From contig OX597838.1 in NCBI GenBank assembly GCA_951406725.2, forward strand, positions 2,294,001-2,358,000: a stretch of 64,000 bases of DNA, written 5' to 3'. A program made the translations under genes and the position numbers. The notes below the pieces were generated by a model. That model saw nothing but the letters and a program-made list of their open reading frames with translations. It made no database searches and was not told the DNA's origin. Source of the stretch: Octopus vulgaris. Its lineage: Eukaryota. Position 1 is the stretch's first letter. Every line of letters starts with the position of its first letter. Of the stretch, positions 59,304 to 64,000 are shown in pieces.

Positions 59304-59669
59304 TCTTTTCTTTTTTTGTATCCACAAGTTCAACGGATGAAGCAACAGCGACCACCCTGTTAGTGATTGGATCAAACGTGGGTAATAATCGCCACAGATC
59401 CCCCGATTATGTGTTATCGTGTAATGCGAGTGACCCTTCACATCTGGCTTGACCATCCTACAAGCAGTGATGCCTCCACATTGAAGGATGTCTTAAATGG
59501 ACTATCTGTGAGGTGGACAGAGATGATGGATACCCTGGCTCAACTCTCCTGCTTCGTCACTGGATCTCTTTATTTGAGTGTACATCGTTGCAAAGGATCA
59601 GGTGTTTTAAGGAACACTTTACTTCCTTCCTCTCACCCGTTTCGGAGACTTTTTAAAGGATCAATTCGC

Positions 59670-60570
59670 TATTTTCCCAGCTGACCAAATTATAAAATAT
59701 TGGCGCCAAACACACGAAACCTGTGTGTCCGTCTTGACTAAAATTTTTGCCATGAGTTTTCCCCGACAAGAAGTGGATCTGTCGATTAAACGTCACCAAG
59801 TGTTTGTTAAAAAAAAAAAAAAACACGGGTAACCAATGTTTGAATAAAAAAGAAAACAAAAACAAATCTGTACTTCTCTAAAATTTGTTGTCGAATTGAT
59901 TGGACTGAATCCGCTGACGATATTTCCATTGTTGCAGAGTTCCCCTTGGTAGAACTGTTCAACTAAGGATTCATGGAACTCATCCAGAGATCTCAGTCTA
60001 ATGGTTCTCTGGAAGAGATTGTTATAGAGAGTTTTGTCGACAAAGAAAATCTCCACAACAATGATTAAGTACTTGCTGATAGCCAAATCCCTGCTTTCTG
60101 CCGGCTACAGGTCGAGATGTGAGGTCACCTGGTATTCAGCCCCCTGTAACAGTTTAGCTTCCAAACGCCCCATTTTAAACACCGTTTCGTCCAAGTGTGT
60201 GATTCCACTAACATGACTTTTTATGTGAAGATATACCTGATAAGCAACAATCACTCATTATTGTAAACTGGTAAAAATTCAGCCCTCAATATTAAGAGTA
60301 TGTGAAAGAAACGGGCATTTTCACTTTAAAAGCCATCCCGTATACAAGAAACAAGAACCGACCGTCACTTCATTCTTGTACAACTACCAGGCCTTAAAAA
60401 ATAAAACCGTAGCGATTCATGCATCGCCATCTCTGCTTGATAAATCAAGGTAATTTCTGGGCAAGACTTGCCACTTTACTTCAAAAACTCTTTCCAGGTT
60501 TTATCCCTCTGAATTTCAATCCCGAATCAGACCCCTAACACCTTCACGCTTTTGTCTAACTGTCTTTTCT
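59670..60570 (-). mobile_element. Tx1/L1-clade LINE remnant (end of RT and downstream region)
   Basis: Minus strand VKVLGV*FGIEIQRDKTWKE resembles K.LGV.FG......NW of the L1/Tx1 RT; downstream LFQRT...LDEFHESLVEQFYQGEL; many stops and frameshifts. Confidence 0.6.
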
Positions 60571-60617
60571 CTGTAATAAACTGTTAGAAAGTATAGGCAA
60601 GTTACGCTATTCTTATT

Positions 60618-60717
60618 TCTTTATTACCCACAAGGAGCTAAACATAGAGGGGAGAAGCAAGGACAGACAAACGGATTTAGTTGATTACATCGACCCCAGT
60701 GAATAATTGGTTCTTAG
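60618..60717 (-). mobile_element. 3' fragment of a family C-related SINE with an alternative tail
   Basis: GTTGATTACATCGACCCCAGT...TGGTTCTTA matches the family C core; the adjacent CCCACAAGGAGCTAAACATAGAGGGG differs from the usual C tail. Confidence 0.55.
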
Positions 60718-61963
60718 TCAAGGAATGTATCTACGTGAGCGTATGTACATACATACATACATATATAATACATGCATGCATGCTTGCATGCATATATACA
60801 TATATACATACATACATGCAAGAAGGGGCCTTGAATCTGGGTTAGAAACCGGCTCTTTCTCTATTGGCAAGAAATCTTGAAATTAAACTGAACACTGACA
60901 TACGTACATACATACATAATACATAAATACATACAGTCTGACAACAAGCATTTGACTTGTTTCCATTTTCCCCAATCTACATTGGTGCATATGAGAGACT
61001 CCCTAGCAATTGGATACTGTCGGTCAGATTACAGAGGCTATTTCTCTACACCACACATCAGCGGTAGGGGCACCAAATCCCAGCGTGTGTCTCATATGCC
61101 AAACAAGTCACCTACTAGAATATACAAGGAATAATGTCCCGAAAATATTTGCAGGTGGGTGTATAAGTTTAGTTGCCCTTTCTATATCAGGATGAAGATG
61201 TCCACTCTCTTCACCGCCATTCATGTCCAGTCAAATGATCAGCCGCTTGTGTCATAGAAATTTGTCTTCAACAGCCATTGGACACCAGCTGCACACTAAC
61301 CAGAACCACTGTCGACCAGCAGTTCGAGGGGAGGGTCATGTCAGAAAACGTTAGTCCGGCTATTCCTATTCAACCACAAGAGACACTGTTGACCGACAAA
61401 TTCTAAACCACGTGATTAAAAATTAAACAAATATAAGTTGATCCATATTTGTAGTCGACGAAGCCTAGATTTTTAAAAAAATCAATTTATTTATTTATTT
61501 GTATTCCAGTCAAGAGCCGTCCTGAACGTCTTCACCATCGCCGCAACTGCCAAACCCAACCAAATCCCCCACGGCATGTTCTTTACGATAGAGAAAGAAA
61601 ATTGACCTGTTTTTTCACAAATAAACAATAGCATCTCCGCCCCAAACTCATCAATTTCTATGATGTGTGCTCTTTCTATATAAGGCACGCGCTTCAACAC
61701 CACCACCACCACCATACTCTCCACACCAGATTTTTATACACCTCCAAGGAAGCGATTCATCGCACCACAACACACACAGAATCCTCTCGATATTCGGGCA
61801 TCTACTTCCTGTTTATTCCAAACACGCACGCACACACACGAAGGCTTTTACTTAGATATACATACATACATATATACATGCATATATATATATATTCATA
61901 TATATATACTTACATACATATATACACACACACTTCTATATTCATATATAGTTACACATACAC

Positions 61964-62024
<61 letters not shown>

Positions 62025-62775
62025 TATACGCATACATATATATATAGATGTGTGTGTGTGTGTATGTTGATAGACAGGCAGAAAACAAACAGGTAGAGAG
62101 ACATATATACATACACATACATGTATACTTACGCATTTGTGTTATGTGAGCATGTGCCCATAGGTTTCTGCACTTATGAGTCAAAGTATATATTCAACTA
62201 GCTAATGTGTATATATATATATATATATAAGAGCAGAGGAAACTATACTGCGGAACATGAAGTTTCAAGTGGGAATCTATACTTTGAAGAGTGAAATGAT
62301 TCTCTCTCTCTCTCTCTCTTTATATATGTATATATATATATATATACAGCGCATATGGGAACTGTATATATATATGTATATATATATATATAAGTAGTTG
62401 TAAGTGAAGACCGCTCACGGTAGCAGATATACTCGGAGTATTGGGCACATAGCTCCAAATTTATGACGTAGAGGCGGATAGGAAATGATTCTCTCTCTCT
62501 CTCTCTCTCTCTCTCTTTATATATGTATATATATATATATATACACGTATATGGTTGTGGAGTATATATATATATATAAAGCCATCTGAATATGGCTAGG
62601 GATATATATACTGTTGCATTTAGCCCCAGGCGAACATCGACGTCACCAGAAAGGCTATAAGGGCACCGTGACGGTATCGAGCCTTCTGTGATATGTCGTG
62701 CAAATATATATATTCATGGCTTAGTCCCTTATATCGGCAGTTACTGTCTATATCCCTTTTAGAGAATTATTATTG

Positions 62776-62828
<53 letters not shown>

Positions 62829-62829
<1 letters not shown>

Positions 62830-63011
62830 CTCTTTTACTTGTTTCAGTCATTTGACTGCGGCCATGTGGAGCACCGCCTTTAGTCGAGCAAATAGACCCC
62901 GAGACTTATTCTTTGTAAGCCCAGTACCTATTCTATCGGTCTCTTTTGCCGAACCACTAAGTGACGGGGACGTAAACACACCAGCATCGGTTGTCAAGCA
63001 ATGCTAGGGGG

Positions 63012-63062
<51 letters not shown>

Positions 63063-63235
63063 CATATATACGACAAGCTTCTTTCAGTTTCCGCCTACCA
63101 AATCCACTCACAAGACATTGTTCGGCCCGGGGCTATAGCAGAAGACACTTGCCCAAGATGCCACGCAGTGGGATTGAACCCGGAACCATGTGGTTGGTTA
63201 GCAAGCTACTTACCACACAGCCACTCCTGCGCCTA
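62829..63235 (-). mobile_element. SINE family A, full length, young
   Basis: CTTGTTTCAGTCATTTGACTGCGGCCATG...internal (CA)n(TA)n...ACCACACAGCCACTCCTGCGCCT; flanked by (TA)n on both sides. Confidence 0.92.
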
Positions 63236-63965
63236 TATATATATATATATATAGAATTTAATCCTGGTAAGCAACCATTTGACAGAGATGGGGCAACAAA
63301 ACTGTCCCTCTTGGTCCCTGCAATCCAGACATTGCTCCCAGGGACTTGGAGGCGAAAATGAAGGGAGACTGTAGTAGGGGTCCTGGGCACATTCACTTCG
63401 GAAGACTTCCATGGGACAATGCCTGTGATTGGAGCGCTACAACGAGTTCAATATCAGTGTGTAGTAAGCTAAGCACGTATCTTTAAAATGGCTTCTACAG
63501 AGAGAAAGAGAAAGAGAGAGAGAAATGAGAGGAAATGTGAAGTCAACAGAGTTAGACATTTTGTGTGCGGGCATTCACACACGCACACTCACACTCACAC
63601 TCACACTCACACTCACACACACACATTCACAATTTTATCTATGAACATATGCATGTGTGTGCATATGAATGTGTTTGCGTTTGCGTTACTATGTTTGTTT
63701 ATGTTTATATTCTCGGTTTAAAATGCGTTCTTGCTCTTGTGTATGTTTCTGGCCGTTTATGTCCATTCCTGTAGCGGTTCGATAAATATGAATGAAGATC
63801 GATAAAAGAAATAGCGGGTTAAAAGACGTTCTGTTCTCCATAGAGTCGACAAAACTATAGAAGGGGATGCTACAGCTTGGCCGCACGCCATGGATTGAAA
63901 CCAAAACCACTTCAAAATGTTACACATAAACTATGCAAACAAGCAATTTTTCTCACTTTCACCCT

Positions 63966-64000
<35 letters not shown>

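Overview
AT-rich eukaryotic (animal) non-coding DNA that is saturated with microsatellites ((TA)n, (CA)n, (TATG)n, (GATA)n and compound trinucleotide arrays). The repeat landscape strongly suggests a coleoid cephalopod, most likely Octopus; this is inferred from recalled SINE sequences, not from a database search. I found no credible host protein-coding exon, and nearly all listed ORFs are translations of simple repeats. The window holds about 25 copies or fragments of at least four SINE groups (my labels A-D). It also holds decayed retrotransposon fragments (CR1-like, RTE, R4/Dong-like, Tx1-like, Penelope RT), a decayed DD37D (maT) Tc1/mariner transposase and two Helentron-type non-autonomous elements. 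Three signals stand out. (1) Several sequence-unrelated type I hammerhead ribozyme motifs are present, including one duplicated in a perfect 85-bp inverted repeat at 52756-52939. (2) A SINE/LINE pair shares a 3' tail with compensatory hairpin changes. (3) SINE heads and tails are exchanged in a modular way. Element boundaries were read by eye and are approximate.
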